Below, one piece after another: positions 30,785-41,042 of a DNA stretch of 64,000 bases (its first letter is position 1; each line of letters starts with the position of its first letter). The DNA is from an uncultured Chloroflexia bacterium (GTDB lineage: Bacteria; Chloroflexota; Limnocylindria; Limnocylindrales; CSP1-4). The DNA is taken from assembly GCA_963763775.1 (NCBI GenBank), contig CAVXPZ010000004.1, forward strand, positions 192,001 to 256,000. The letters run 5' to 3'. A program made the position numbers and the translations under genes. Below the pieces are notes generated by a model. The model was not told where the DNA came from. It did no database searches and saw only the letters and a list, made by a program, of their open reading frames with translations.

Positions 30785-32394
30785 GCCGGCACCTGCTGCT
30801 CGAAGCGGGTCTCGACCATGTGGTCGGCGGCCCGCAGCGCGATCGCGACGATCGTCGAGGTCGGGTTGACGCCGGACGAGGTGACGAAGCACGAGCCGTC
30901 CACGACGTACAGGTTCGGGACGTCGTGGGTCCGGTTCCAGCGGTCGAGGACGGACGTCGCCGGGTCGTCGCCCATCCGGGCCGTGCCCAGCAGGTGCCAG
31001 CCCGAGTAGCGCATGAGCCGGTCGACCTCGATCTTGTAGGCGCCGGCGGCGTCCATCGACTCCTTCGCCCGCTCGATGTGGAAGTCGAGCATCCGGCGCG
31101 AGTTGTCGGACATGCGGTAGTGGACCTCGGGCGCCGGGATGCCCGACGAGTCCGTGACCGTCGAGGACAGCGTGATGTGGTTGGCCTCGTCGGGCAGGTC
31201 CTCGGCGAACAGCCCCCAGTTCGCGCCGTGGCCGAGGTGGCTCTTGACGTGGGTGTGGTGCTCGGGGCCCCAGGCCTGCTCGCCGGCACGGCTGGGCAGC
31301 GCGGTGTTGATCGGCCCGCCGGTCGGGGCGAGACCCCACCGGGCGCCGCGGACGAAGCCGCGCTTCTCGTCGGTCTCGTAGAACTCGAGCGACTCGATGA
31401 GGTCGCCGAACTGGCCCTGCCAGCTCATCAGCGGCTCGTCGAACAGGCCGGCGACGTTGGCGAACGGATGCATCATCAGCCGCTTGCCGACCAGGCCCGA
31501 CGAGTTCGCCAGCCCGTCCGGGAACCGCGGGCTCGTCGAGTTGAGCAGCAGCCGGGGCGTGCCGATCGCGTTGGCCGCGAGGACGACCGTCTTCGCCGGC
31601 TGGAGATGCTCGCCGCCGTCCCGGTCGATCCAGGTGGCGCCGGTGGCCAGGCCTCGGGCGTCGGTCTCGATCCGGCGGACGCGCGCGCCGGTGACGAGCC
31701 GGGCGCCCAGGGCGATCGCCTTGGGCCAGTGGGTCAGGTCGGTCGAGGCCTTGGCGCCCTCGTTGCAGCCGGACTGGCAGGTGCTGCGCTGGACGCACGG
31801 CCGACGGCCGTCGTACGCCACCGAGTTGATCGAGTTGAACTCCGGCCACCAGTGCCAGCCGAGCTTCGTCTGGCCGCGAGCGACCTTCAGCCCGGCGGAG
31901 CCGATCGGGAGCGGCGGCATCGGGGCGTCCTCGGTGTCCGGCGGGTAGGCCGGGTCGCCGGGCAGGCCGGACACGCCGAACTGGCGGTCGGTCCGGTAGA
32001 AGTACGGCAGCAGCTCGAAGTAGTCGATCGGCCAGTCGTCGGCGATGCCGTCGAGCGAGCGGACGCGGAAGTCGGAGGGGAGGGCGCGCGGCCAGGCGCC
32101 CGCGAAGATGATCGTGGAGCCGCCGACCGCGTTGTACATGAGCGGCGAGACCGGGGTGTCGTCCTCGACGATCGGGTAGTCCGCCGCGAGGCCGCGCAGG
32201 TTCGGGCTGGTCGCCCAGTCCTTGCGGGCCTTGAGCTCCCAGTCGAGCTTGTTCCCCGGGTAGTCCGCCCGGTCGAGCCAGTCGCCCTGCTCCAGGCACA
32301 CCACCGAGAACCCGGCTTCGGCCAGCCGCAAGGCCACGACCCCGCCGGACGCGCCGGCGCCGATGATCAGGACATCTGCTGGTTCGGTGGCCAA
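30781..32394 (-). CDS. GMC family FAD oxidoreductase
   Basis: AAGGAGG RBS then TTG start. DVLIIGAGASG, VGGST, GLVGKRLMMHP, HLLGTARMG, NPTSTI. Confidence 0.92.
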   Translation of the reverse strand: MATEPADVLIIGAGASGGVVALRLAEAGFSVVCLEQGDWLDRADYPGNKLDWELKARKDWATSPNLRGLAADYPIVEDDTPVSPLMYNAVGGSTIIFAGAWPRALPSDFRVRSLDGIADDWPIDYFELLPYFYRTDRQFGVSGLPGDPAYPPDTEDAPMPPLPIGSAGLKVARGQTKLGWHWWPEFNSINSVAYDGRRPCVQRSTCQSGCNEGAKASTDLTHWPKAIALGARLVTGARVRRIETDARGLATGATWIDRDGGEHLQPAKTVVLAANAIGTPRLLLNSTSPRFPDGLANSSGLVGKRLMMHPFANVAGLFDEPLMSWQGQFGDLIESLEFYETDEKRGFVRGARWGLAPTGGPINTALPSRAGEQAWGPEHHTHVKSHLGHGANWGLFAEDLPDEANHITLSSTVTDSSGIPAPEVHYRMSDNSRRMLDFHIERAKESMDAAGAYKIEVDRLMRYSGWHLLGTARMGDDPATSVLDRWNRTHDVPNLYVVDGSCFVTSSGVNPTSTIVAIALRAADHMVETRFEQQVPA

Positions 32395-32447
32395 GACTGC
32401 CTCCTTCGGCGACGACGGATGCGACCTCGGATCTCGGGACTGGCGGG

Positions 32448-33390
32448 TCAGGTGCGGGCCGCGGCGCCGGCGATCGGCTCGCGGAGGAGCCCGACCTCGG
32501 CGAGGACCGACGCGAGGAACGCGCGCTCGTCGTCGGAGACCGGCAGCAGCGGGCGGCGGACATGGGCGTTCTCGAGGACCGCCGAGGATCCGCAGGCATT
32601 CCTTCAGCCGGACGCGGTAGTCGCCGACCGGCGCGGCGAAGACGACGTCGGCGAGTCGCTGCACGCGACGGCCGAGCGCCAGGGCCTCGTCGGTCCGGCC
32701 GGCCTGCCAGGCCGCGATCATGTCGACCTGCTCGCGGGTCATCACCGCCCCGAACCCGATGAGGGCGCCGGTCGCGCCGAGCAGGAACGACTCGAGGATG
32801 AAGTTGTCGTTGCCGGTCAGGAGCGTGATCCGTCGCGGCAGGTGCTCGAGGAGCCGGGCCGTGTCCACGAACCGGCGGGCGTCGAAGGACGCTTCCTTGA
32901 TCGCCACCACGCCATCCACGGCGGCCATCGCCTCGAGCGTGTCCTGCTCGTAGTTGACGCCGGCCAGGGCGGGCTGGAGCTGGAACAGGATCAGCGGCAG
33001 GCCGACGTCGGCGATCGCCTCGTGGTACGCGACGGGGACGCGCGGGTCGAGCGGCTGGCTCAGGTAGGCCGGGATCGGGAAGACGAGCAGGGCATCGGCG
33101 CCGGCGGCCTTGAAGTCCCTGGCCTGACGCACCGCGGCGTCGGTCGACGGCCCGGCGAGCCCGGCGACGATCGGCAGGTCCGTGACGTCGTCGACGATGC
33201 GCAGGATGCGGACCTTCTCGTCGTGCGTGAGGTGCGGGCCCTCCCCCGTGTCGACGTTGATCGCCAGCGCGACCGGGCCCTGCTGGACGACCCAGTCGAT
33301 GTAGGCGCGGAGGGCCGGCTCGTCGATCTGGCCGTCAGCGTCCATCGGCAGCACGGTGGCGGGGATCAGGCCGTCGAGGTTCAGCACCAT
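32448..33390 (-). CDS. Dihydrodipicolinate synthase family aldolase/dehydratase (apparent +1 frameshift near 32581)
   Basis: GLIPATVLPMDADGQID, DTGE, AIKEAS, LLTGND. After removing one base it reads HVRRPLLP to TGA at 32448. Confidence 0.85.
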
Positions 33391-33420
33391 CTCTCACTCC
33401 GGTCGCGGGTCGGGCGGGAA

Positions 33421-33432
33421 GTAATCGTTTGC
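33421..33432. promoter_or_regulatory. Candidate LacI operator GTAATCGTTTGC
   Basis: Fits the LacI GnAAnCGnTTnC pattern, 30 bp upstream of the operon that contains the LacI gene at 27712-28782. Confidence 0.55.
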
Positions 33433-33501
33433 TATCGTACGCCGCCGGCCGGTGGCGCCGCCTGTCGTGCCACGCGTCTGGCACGACGCGCGCCGATACG
33501 C

Positions 33502-33512
33502 TCGATAATCGA
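33502..33512. promoter_or_regulatory. Candidate GntR(FCD) operator TCGAT-A-ATCGA
   Basis: Palindrome overlapping a GATAAT -10-like element, 21 nt before the SDR start. Same motif at 43577. Confidence 0.55.
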
Positions 33513-33533
33513 TCAGATGCAGCGAGGAGCCCG

Positions 33534-34321
33534 ATGAGCCAGCTCGACGTCTTCAGCCTGGCCGGCAAGGTCGCCCTGATCCCGGGCGGCGGCGGCGGCA
33601 TCGGATCGGCGCTGGCGGAGGCGCTCGCCGGCGCCGGGGCCCGAGTGGCCGTGGCCGGGCGCAACCTCGAGAACGGCCAGGCGGCCGTCGCGCGCATCGT
33701 GGCCGCGGGCTCCGAGGGCCTGGCGATCGGCGCCGACGCGACCGAGGAGGCGGACTGCGACCGGATGGTCGCGGAGACGCTCGCGCGGTTCGGTCGCATC
33801 GACATCGTCGTGAATGCCGTGGGCGGCGGCGCGGGCAAGGTCCTGCATCCCGCGGAGGCCTACCCGCGGGCCGATTGGGACTGGATCATGGAACTCAACG
33901 TCCGGAGCACGGTGCTCCCGACCCAGGCCGCGGTCCGGGCGATGATCGAGGCCGGCCATGGCGGCGTCGTGCTGAATATCTCGTCCGTGCGGGCCAACCT
34001 CGGGATCAACGCCGGCTATTCGGCGTATGTCGCCGCGAAAGGGCGCGATCAGCTCGCTGACGCGGCAGTGGGCGACCGAGTGGGCGAAGCACGGCATCCG
34101 CGTCAACGCGATCATGCCGACCTTCGTGGACACGCCGCAGGTCGCGATGCTGCTCGAGGACCCGGCGTTCAAGGCCGGCATCGTGAACCGGATCCCGCTC
34201 GGCCCGGGTCGGCGAGACCCGCGATCTGGTCGGGCCGGCGATCTTCTTCTGCTCCGACGCGACGTCGTTCGTGACCGGCCAGGTCCTCGGGATCGACGGC
34301 GGTCTCACCGCCACGCAGTAG
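33534..34321 (+). CDS. SDR family oxidoreductase (gluconate 5-dehydrogenase-like; two apparent +1 frameshifts near 34040 and 34204)
   Basis: PGGGGGIG, NISS, YVAAKG; then EWAKHGIRVNAIMP; then FVTGQVLGIDGG to TAG 34321. Confidence 0.87.
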
Positions 34322-34350
34322 CCCGCCCCACCTCGAGGAGGACCGTCCCG

Positions 34351-35256
34351 ATGGCGACCGCGCCCGATATGCTCGGACTCGAGCGGGTCACGTCGAACGT
34401 CTACACGACCACGACGCTGCGGGGCTGCAACCCGAGCTTCGTCGTGACGTCGGCCGGGGTGGTCTGCATCGACACGCCGCAGCTGCCGACCAAGGCGGTC
34501 GCGATGCGGCAGGCCGCGGAGTCGCATGGGCCGATCCGCTACCTCATCAACACCGAGAACCACGTCGACCACATCTTCGGGAACCACTGGTACCGCGGCA
34601 TCGGCGACGTCGTGATGCACCAGGCGCTCTACGACATCTTCATGGACCAGACCGCCGCGCTCGACCCGTTCGCCTACGCGCTCGAGGCCATCCCGACCGA
34701 CGATCCCGAGGGCGCGGCGATCCTGCCCGACCGGGACGCCTACTACGCCGATCTGCCGCGCGGGACCGTCGTCTTCACGGGCGACCTGACACTCCGCGTG
34801 GGCTCGCACACGATCCGCTGCCTGTGGACGCCCGGTCACACGCCGGGCCAGCTGGCCGTGCACGTCCCCGAGGAGCGCGTGGTCTTCACGGGCGACACCA
34901 TCTTCTCGGGCTGCCAGACCTGGCTGATGACCTCGAACGTGGACCAGTGGCTCGAGGCTTTGGAACGCATCCGCGCCCTCGAGGACGTCGACCACGTCGT
35001 CCCCGGCCACGGGCCCGTGGTCGATCTCAAGTACGTCGAGACCCAGCGCTCCGTGCTGATGACCTGGAAGGCCGCCGTCTCCGATGCCGTCGCGAAGGGC
35101 TTCTCGCGGGAGGAGACGATCGCGAGCGTCCGGTTCGACGACGCCTTCGGGCCGGTCGACGTCGGGCAGGGCTACATGATGGATCACATCCAGAACAACA
35201 ACGCCGGCTCGCTCTGGGACAAGCTGACCGCGACGAACTACTCGAAGGGCCGCTGA
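34351..35256 (+). CDS. Metallo-beta-lactamase fold hydrolase (cyclase-like)
   Basis: GAGGAGG RBS. NTENHVDH, PGHT, FTGD, VPGHG. Confidence 0.9.
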   Translation: MATAPDMLGLERVTSNVYTTTTLRGCNPSFVVTSAGVVCIDTPQLPTKAVAMRQAAESHGPIRYLINTENHVDHIFGNHWYRGIGDVVMHQALYDIFMDQTAALDPFAYALEAIPTDDPEGAAILPDRDAYYADLPRGTVVFTGDLTLRVGSHTIRCLWTPGHTPGQLAVHVPEERVVFTGDTIFSGCQTWLMTSNVDQWLEALERIRALEDVDHVVPGHGPVVDLKYVETQRSVLMTWKAAVSDAVAKGFSREETIASVRFDDAFGPVDVGQGYMMDHIQNNNAGSLWDKLTATNYSKGR

Positions 35257-35294
35257 CGGCGTCGCGGCGCGGTCGCTGTCGCGGGCGCCGGCGC

Positions 35295-37447
35295 TCAGGC
35301 GCGGCCGGCTTCGACCTCGTCGGCGCGGGTCCGGCCGGCGAGCCGGATCAGGTCCTCGTGGAGCTCGAACCAGATCCCGTGATAGCTGTCGACGCGGGGC
35401 GAGGCGACGAACCGTCCGTCGCCAGCCTGCGCCCCCGCCAGCGCGCGCGCCAGTCGAGCCCGGTAGTCCGCCAGACGATGCGGGCCGGCCGTGGCGGCAT
35501 CGAACCAGGTCGCGGCGTCGGCGTCGATCGGCCGCCAGTCGCTCGAGGACGGCCGCGTCGTAGTCGGGGTCCGTGTGGTCGTTGACGACGCCGGCCGTCG
35601 GCGTCGCGGAGCTGCCAGGCCGTGACGACGTCCTTGACCCGATGGTCGAGCGCCAGGAAGGCGTCCAGCGCGGCCGCGGCGGACGCCGGGCCCCACGCGG
35701 CCCGGTCGGCGTCGAGGAGCGCTGCGGCCCGCGCCGTCCCGACGTCGGTGAGCTTGAGCGCGCCGGCCGAGCTCGCGACGAGCCCGTCGATGGCGAGCTG
35801 ATCGAGGACGGGCTCGACCATCGCCGGTTCGGCGAGGACGGCCTCGGCGATCCCGGGAAGCATGGCGAAGCCCTTGATCGCGATCACGCGCAGGCACCGA
35901 TCCGGCGTCACCTTCCGAGCGGCGACTGGCTCGGCGACGGCCGTGGCGGCGACGGCTCCCGGGGCGTCGGCGCGGGCTGGCGCCGGCTCGATCTCGATGC
36001 CGAGCTCCTCGGCCCAGCCGAGGAGCGTCCGCGCCTCGGGGACGACCTCCTCGGTCGTCGGGATGGCGCCCTCGAAGACCTCGCCGGTGCTGCCGTCGAT
36101 CGTGATGACCTCGCCCGTTCGCAGGGTCCGGTCGCCGATGACGACCTCGCCCTCGCGGACGACGAGATCGGCCGCGCCGACGACCGCGGGGATCCCCCAG
36201 CCGCGCGCCACGACCGCGGCATGGCTCGCGAGTCCGCCGCGCGACGTCAGGACCCCGGCCGCGCGGGCCATCCCGTGGACATCGTCGGGCGACGTCTCGG
36301 CACGCACGAGGATGGCCGGTCGGCCGTCGTCGGCGGCGGCCACGGCGGCTTCGGGGTCCGTGACGATCGGGCCGCTCGCCATCCCCGGCGAGGCCGGCAA
36401 CCCCGTCACCAGCGGCAGCAGGAAGCTGCTCCGGACGCTGGCGGTGGTCGGCGGATCCGCGAGCAGCGGGCGGACACGCTCGACGGCCTCGCGGCGCGAC
36501 AACGGGAATCCCGCGTCATCCGCCATGTCGACAGCGATCCGGAGGGCCGCCTGCGGGCTGCGCTTGCCGACTCGCGTCTGGAGCATCCAGAGCCGCCCGT
36601 CCTCGATGGTGAATTCGATGTCGCAGAGGTCGGCGTAGTGGCGTTCGAGCTCGTCGGCATAGCGGCGCAGGTCCGCGGCGACCGCGGGGAGCCGGGTGTC
36701 GAGGATGTCGATCGGCTCGGTCTGATGCGTCCCGGCGACGACGTCCTCCCCCTGGGCGTCGAACATGACGTCCCCGTACAGGCGGGGCTCACCGGTCGCG
36801 GGGTTGCGCGTGAAGACGACCCCGGTCGCCGACGTGGACCCGCGGTTCCCGAAGACCATCGCCTGGACCGTGACCGCTGTCCCCAGGTCGTCGGCGATCC
36901 CCTCCTTCGCGCGGTAGGCGACGGCGCGATCGCTCCGCCACGACCGGAACACGGCTTCGATCGCGAGGCGCAGCTGTTGCCACGGGTCGGCGGGCACGTC
37001 CGGCACGCCGACGATCGACCGGAATCCCGTTTCGAACCGCTCGCGGCACGCCTGGGCGAACGCGGCGTCACCCGAGGCCCGGGCGAGTCCGGCCGTCGTG
37101 GCCTCGTTCAGGCCGAGGTCCAGGATCGTGTCCATCATGCCCGGCATCGAGACCGGCGCGCCCGAGCGGACGCTGACGAGCAGCGGGTCCGCCGGATCGC
37201 CGAAGCGACGCCCCACGGCGGTCTCCACGTCGCGCATCCGGGCGTGGACCTCCTCGTCCAGACCGGCCGGCCAGCCCTCGGCCAGGTACGTCCGGCACGC
37301 CGCGGTGGAGATGACGAACCCGGGCGGCACGGGCAGCCCGAGGTCGCGCGACATGACGCCCAGGTTCGCCGCCTTGCCGCCGACGAGCGCCTTCGCGTCG
37401 TCGAGCGTGCCAGGGTGGGCGGCGTCGAGCGGGTACGCCCAGGTCAC
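35295..37447 (-). CDS. Truncated pyruvate phosphate dikinase-like protein (ATP-grasp plus His swivel domain) fused to a helical C-terminal domain (two apparent +1 frameshifts near 35596 and 35531)
   Basis: GGKAANL, PVPPGF, LVSVRSGA..SMPGMMDT, QAMVFGN, QGEDVVAG, DIEFTIE, GGLASHAAVVARGWG. No PEP/pyruvate TIM barrel; ends with DSYHGIWFELHEDLI. Confidence 0.85.
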
Positions 37448-39690
37448 CGGCCCGCCGCCTCGCGGAGCGCGCGCCACACCCGTTCCGGGGTCAGCGGCAG
37501 GTCGCGGATCACCACCCCGGTCGCGTCGGCGACCGCTGCGGCCACGGCCGGCGCGACGCACAGCAGCGCCCCCTCGCTCATCCCCTTCGAGCCATACGGC
37601 CCCGGGCCGTCCTCGTTCTCGATCACGTCGCTCTCGATCCGGTGCGGCAGGTCCAGGCTCGTCGGGATCTTGTAGTCGATGGCCCCGAGGTTGCGGATCC
37701 GGCCCTCATCGTCGTAGAGGTACTGCTCCATCAGCGTGTGGCCGAGACCCATGACCGCGGCGCCCTCGTCCTGGCCCCGGACCTGGATCGGGTTGAGGGC
37801 CTTCCCGACATCCGAGACGGTCACGTGGCGGACGATCGTGATGTCGCCGGTCTCGCGGTCCACCTCGACCTCGATGGCCGTGCAGTTGAACTCGAAGAAC
37901 GCCGCGGTCCCGCCGAGCGGGTGGTCCGGCTCCGCTTCCTTGCGCATCTCGCCGATGCCGATGACCTCGCCACCCAGCCGACCAAGGCCGCGGATCAGGA
38001 CGTCGCGGATCGGCAGGACCCGCTCGCCGATCCGGACCTCGCCGCGCTCGACGACCACGGCCGACTCGTCGACCGACTCGAGGCGCGCGGCCATCGTCCG
38101 GAGCTTCGCCTGGACCGCCCGGCAGGCATCCAGCACGGCGTTGCCCATCAGGACCGACGAGCGGCTCGCCGACGTCTGCTGGTCGTACGGGACGACGGCC
38201 GTGTCGCCCATGACGACCGTGACCCAGTCGACCGGGGCGCCGAGCTCCTCGGCCGCGATCTGGGCGAGGATCGTCCGGGCACCCTGACCCATGTCGGACG
38301 TGCCGGCGAACACCACGACGCTGCCGTCGGCGAGCAGGCGGACCGTGGAGTACGACAGGCCGGTCGTCGGGCCGGACTTGAGGCCGACGGCGATCCCGCG
38401 ACCCCGGCCTGGCGCCGGCGGGGTCCCCCAGCCGATCATCTCGGCCGCACGGTCGACCGTTCGTGCCCAGTCCCCGTCGGCCGGCGTGTCTCCCGGGATG
38501 AACGCATCGCCCCGACGCGCGAGGTTCTGCCGCCGGAGCGCGAGCGGGTCGATGCCGAGGACTCGCGCCGCCTCGTCCATGTTCGACTCGACGGCCCAGA
38601 TCTGCTGTGGATTGCCGAAGCCGCGGAACGCGGTCGACGGGGTCGTGTGCGACAGGATGCTCCGGGCGAGGATCCGCATCGCGGGGACCCGGTACGGCCC
38701 GGACGAGGTGTAACTGCCCTTGCCGACCGTCCGGTCCGCGATGTCCGCATAGGCGCCGATCAGGTAGTTCGCCTCGACGTCGCGGAACACGATCGTGCCG
38801 TCGCGGCGGAAGCCCGTGCGGACGCGGACCGCCGAGGCGCCGCGACGCACGGCCTGGAACGTCTCCTCCAGGGTCAGGATGAGTCGGACCGGCCGGCCCG
38901 CGCGCAGCGCCATGAACGCCACGAGCGGCTCGTACTTCGCGTGCTGCTTGCCGCCGAACCCGCCACCCGGGTCGGGCGCGAAGATGCGCACCTTGGCCAG
39001 CGGCAGGTGGAGCAGGCCGGCGATGACTCGCTGCAGCCAGTTCGGATGCTGGATCGAGCTCCACACCGCGATCCCGTCGCCGTCGGGCGCGGCGATGAAC
39101 CCGTGCGGCTCGATGGCGAACTGCGTGACCATCGGGAACGTGTAGGTGCCCTCGACGACCACCTCCGCGACCGCCGCGTCCACGTCGCCCCAGCCGTAGT
39201 GATGCTCGCGCAGGACGTTGGTGCCGTTGAGCGGGTCGCCCGGCCGGATCGCGGGGTCCTGGACGAGCGGCGCGGCCGGGTCCAGCGCATCGGCGATCGT
39301 GAAGACCGCGGGCAGCGCCTCGTACTCGACCCGGACCAGCCGGGCCGCCTCCTCGGCGGCATCGAGGGTGTCCGCCGCGACCGCGGCGACCGGCTCGCCG
39401 TGGTAGCGGGTCTCCCCCACCGCGAGCACCGGCCGGTCCTGGAACTGCGGTCCGAACCGCGGCATCGGGTCGGGCAGGTCGGCGGCGGTCATGACCAGCC
39501 GGACACCGGGCACCGCCAGGGCCGCGCTGGTGTCGATCGCGATGATGCGGGCGCGTGCGACGTCGACGCTCACGAGCTTCGCGTGGAGCGCGCCTTCGAC
39601 GCGCAGGTCCGCCACGTAGGCCTGGCGGCCGGTGACCCGGTCGAGTCCGCCGACGCGGGCGGGCGACGTCCCGATGCCGGTCTCGTTCAC
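37444..39690 (-). CDS. Xanthine dehydrogenase family molybdopterin-binding subunit
   Basis: 748 aa: GGGFGGK, AFRGFG, SASRS, GPYGSKGMSEG. Confidence 0.93.
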   Translation of the reverse strand: MNETGIGTSPARVGGLDRVTGRQAYVADLRVEGALHAKLVSVDVARARIIAIDTSAALAVPGVRLVMTAADLPDPMPRFGPQFQDRPVLAVGETRYHGEPVAAVAADTLDAAEEAARLVRVEYEALPAVFTIADALDPAAPLVQDPAIRPGDPLNGTNVLREHHYGWGDVDAAVAEVVVEGTYTFPMVTQFAIEPHGFIAAPDGDGIAVWSSIQHPNWLQRVIAGLLHLPLAKVRIFAPDPGGGFGGKQHAKYEPLVAFMALRAGRPVRLILTLEETFQAVRRGASAVRVRTGFRRDGTIVFRDVEANYLIGAYADIADRTVGKGSYTSSGPYRVPAMRILARSILSHTTPSTAFRGFGNPQQIWAVESNMDEAARVLGIDPLALRRQNLARRGDAFIPGDTPADGDWARTVDRAAEMIGWGTPPAPGRGRGIAVGLKSGPTTGLSYSTVRLLADGSVVVFAGTSDMGQGARTILAQIAAEELGAPVDWVTVVMGDTAVVPYDQQTSASRSSVLMGNAVLDACRAVQAKLRTMAARLESVDESAVVVERGEVRIGERVLPIRDVLIRGLGRLGGEVIGIGEMRKEAEPDHPLGGTAAFFEFNCTAIEVEVDRETGDITIVRHVTVSDVGKALNPIQVRGQDEGAAVMGLGHTLMEQYLYDDEGRIRNLGAIDYKIPTSLDLPHRIESDVIENEDGPGPYGSKGMSEGALLCVAPAVAAAVADATGVVIRDLPLTPERVWRALREAAGR

Positions 39691-40163
39691 GATCCGCCGG
39701 CCTCGGCCGCCGCCAGCACGGCCTCGATGATCTGCTCGTACCCGGCGCACCGGCAGAGGTTCCCGGCGAGCCCGTCCTCGACGGCCGCCCGGGTCGGGTG
39801 CGGGTCGATCGCGAGCAGGGCCTTGGCGGCCAGCAGCTGCCCGGGGATGCAGAACCCGCACTGGGCCGCACCGGTCTCGAGGAACGCCGTCTGGAGCGGG
39901 TGGAGCCGGTCGCCCGAGGCGAGGCCCTCGACCGTGGTGACCGCCGTGCCGTCGGCCTCCACCGCGAACATCAGGCAGGCGTCCACGCTCACGTCGTCGA
40001 CGAGGACGGTGCACGCGCCGCACTCCCCGACGAGGCAACAGGCCTTCGTCCCGCTGAGACCGAGGTCGTCCCGGAGCACCTCGAGGAGCGTGTGATGCGT
40101 GGCCACCTCCGCGGTCCGCGCGCGCCCGTTCACTGACAGCTCGATCCGCCGGGTCTCGGGCAT
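39687..40163 (-). CDS. Xanthine dehydrogenase family 2Fe-2S subunit
   Basis: 158 aa: CLVGECGAC..C, QCGFC, GNLCRC. Confidence 0.94.
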   Translation of the reverse strand: MPETRRIELSVNGRARTAEVATHHTLLEVLRDDLGLSGTKACCLVGECGACTVLVDDVSVDACLMFAVEADGTAVTTVEGLASGDRLHPLQTAFLETGAAQCGFCIPGQLLAAKALLAIDPHPTRAAVEDGLAGNLCRCAGYEQIIEAVLAAAEAGGS

Positions 40164-41033
40164 CACGACACCGCCTGGCCGGACAGCCGCTCGATCGCGG
40201 TGCCGATGGCCCGAAGCCCGAGGACGTGCAACATCGCGAGGCGGTACTCGGGGCTGGCGCGCATCGATCCCGGCGACGGGCTGGCGTCGACGAAGAGCTC
40301 CTCGAGCCGCGTCAGCTTCGCGCCGTCCGGCGCCGATGGATCCGCGAGCACCCCGGTGTCGTCGACGACGAGCAGCGGTCGAGGCCCGAGGCTGCCGTAC
40401 GCGATCCGCGTCGAGCCCGTCGCACTGACGGCACAGGTCAAGGTCACAGACGCGAGGTCGTGGCCACGGCGACGGGTGCGGCGCACGTGGACCGACGCGG
40501 CTGGCCCGTCCGGACGCGGCAGCTCGATCGCCGTGACCAACTCGCCGGGTTCGAGCGTCGTCACGCCGGACCGGACGAAGAAGCCGTCGATGGCGATCCG
40601 TCGCTCGCCGCTCGGGCCGGCCAGCGACGACCACGGCGCTGTCCACGAGGAGCGCCGGCGCGGTGTCCGCGGCCGGGGAGGCGTTGCAGACATTCCCGGC
40701 GAGCGTCGCGCGGTTCCGGATCTGGGCCGACCCGACGACCGAGGCCGCCTCGGCCAGGGCAAGGTGATCGCGGCGGATCCGCTCGTCGGCCGCGATGTCG
40801 GTCATGACGGTCCGTGCCCCGACGCGCAAGACCCCGTCCGCCTCGCGGATCCCCGCGTCGAGCTCGGCGATGCGCTTGACGTCGACGACGACCCGCGGCT
40901 GGATCGACCCGTCCCGCAGCCGGATGATGAGGTCCGTGCCGCCGGCGAGCAGTCGCGCGTCGTCACCGTGCTCGGCGAGCAGGCCCACGGCATCGGCGAG
41001 CCGGGTCGGCCGTTCGTAGGCGAAGGGTCGCAT
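40163..41033 (-). CDS. Xanthine dehydrogenase family FAD-binding subunit (apparent +1 frameshift near 40622)
   Basis: LAGGTDL, QIRNRATLAGN, ASPAAD; continues in ORF 40163..40762 (RASPEYR). Confidence 0.9.
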
Positions 41034-41042
41034 CGTCCGGCC

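Noticed and set aside
21017-32394. Mycofactocin biosynthesis (creatininase, GMC, LLM and SDR together)
   Set aside because: No MftA precursor peptide, MftB or radical SAM MftC in the window.
30781-33390. 869-aa DHDPS-GMC fusion ORF
   Set aside because: Caused by a +1 base near 32581. The GMC gene has its own AAGGAGG RBS and TTG start, and the corrected DHDPS-like gene stops at 32448.
30076-33537. Very long opposite-strand ORFs (for example 1153 aa here, and 9938..12541, 37642..40095, 60847..63411)
   Set aside because: Shadow ORFs of high-GC coding DNA: antisense to well-supported genes, Arg/Gly/Pro-rich, with no motifs.
39687-41033. 448-aa FAD subunit/2Fe-2S fusion ORF
   Set aside because: Frameshift artefact. 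The true FAD C-terminus is in another frame and ends in a TGATG overlap with the 2Fe-2S start.
37444-41033. Aerobic CO dehydrogenase (coxMSL)
   Set aside because: The active-site loop is AFRGFG, not AYxCSFR (form I) or AYRGAGR (form II), and no cox accessory genes are present.
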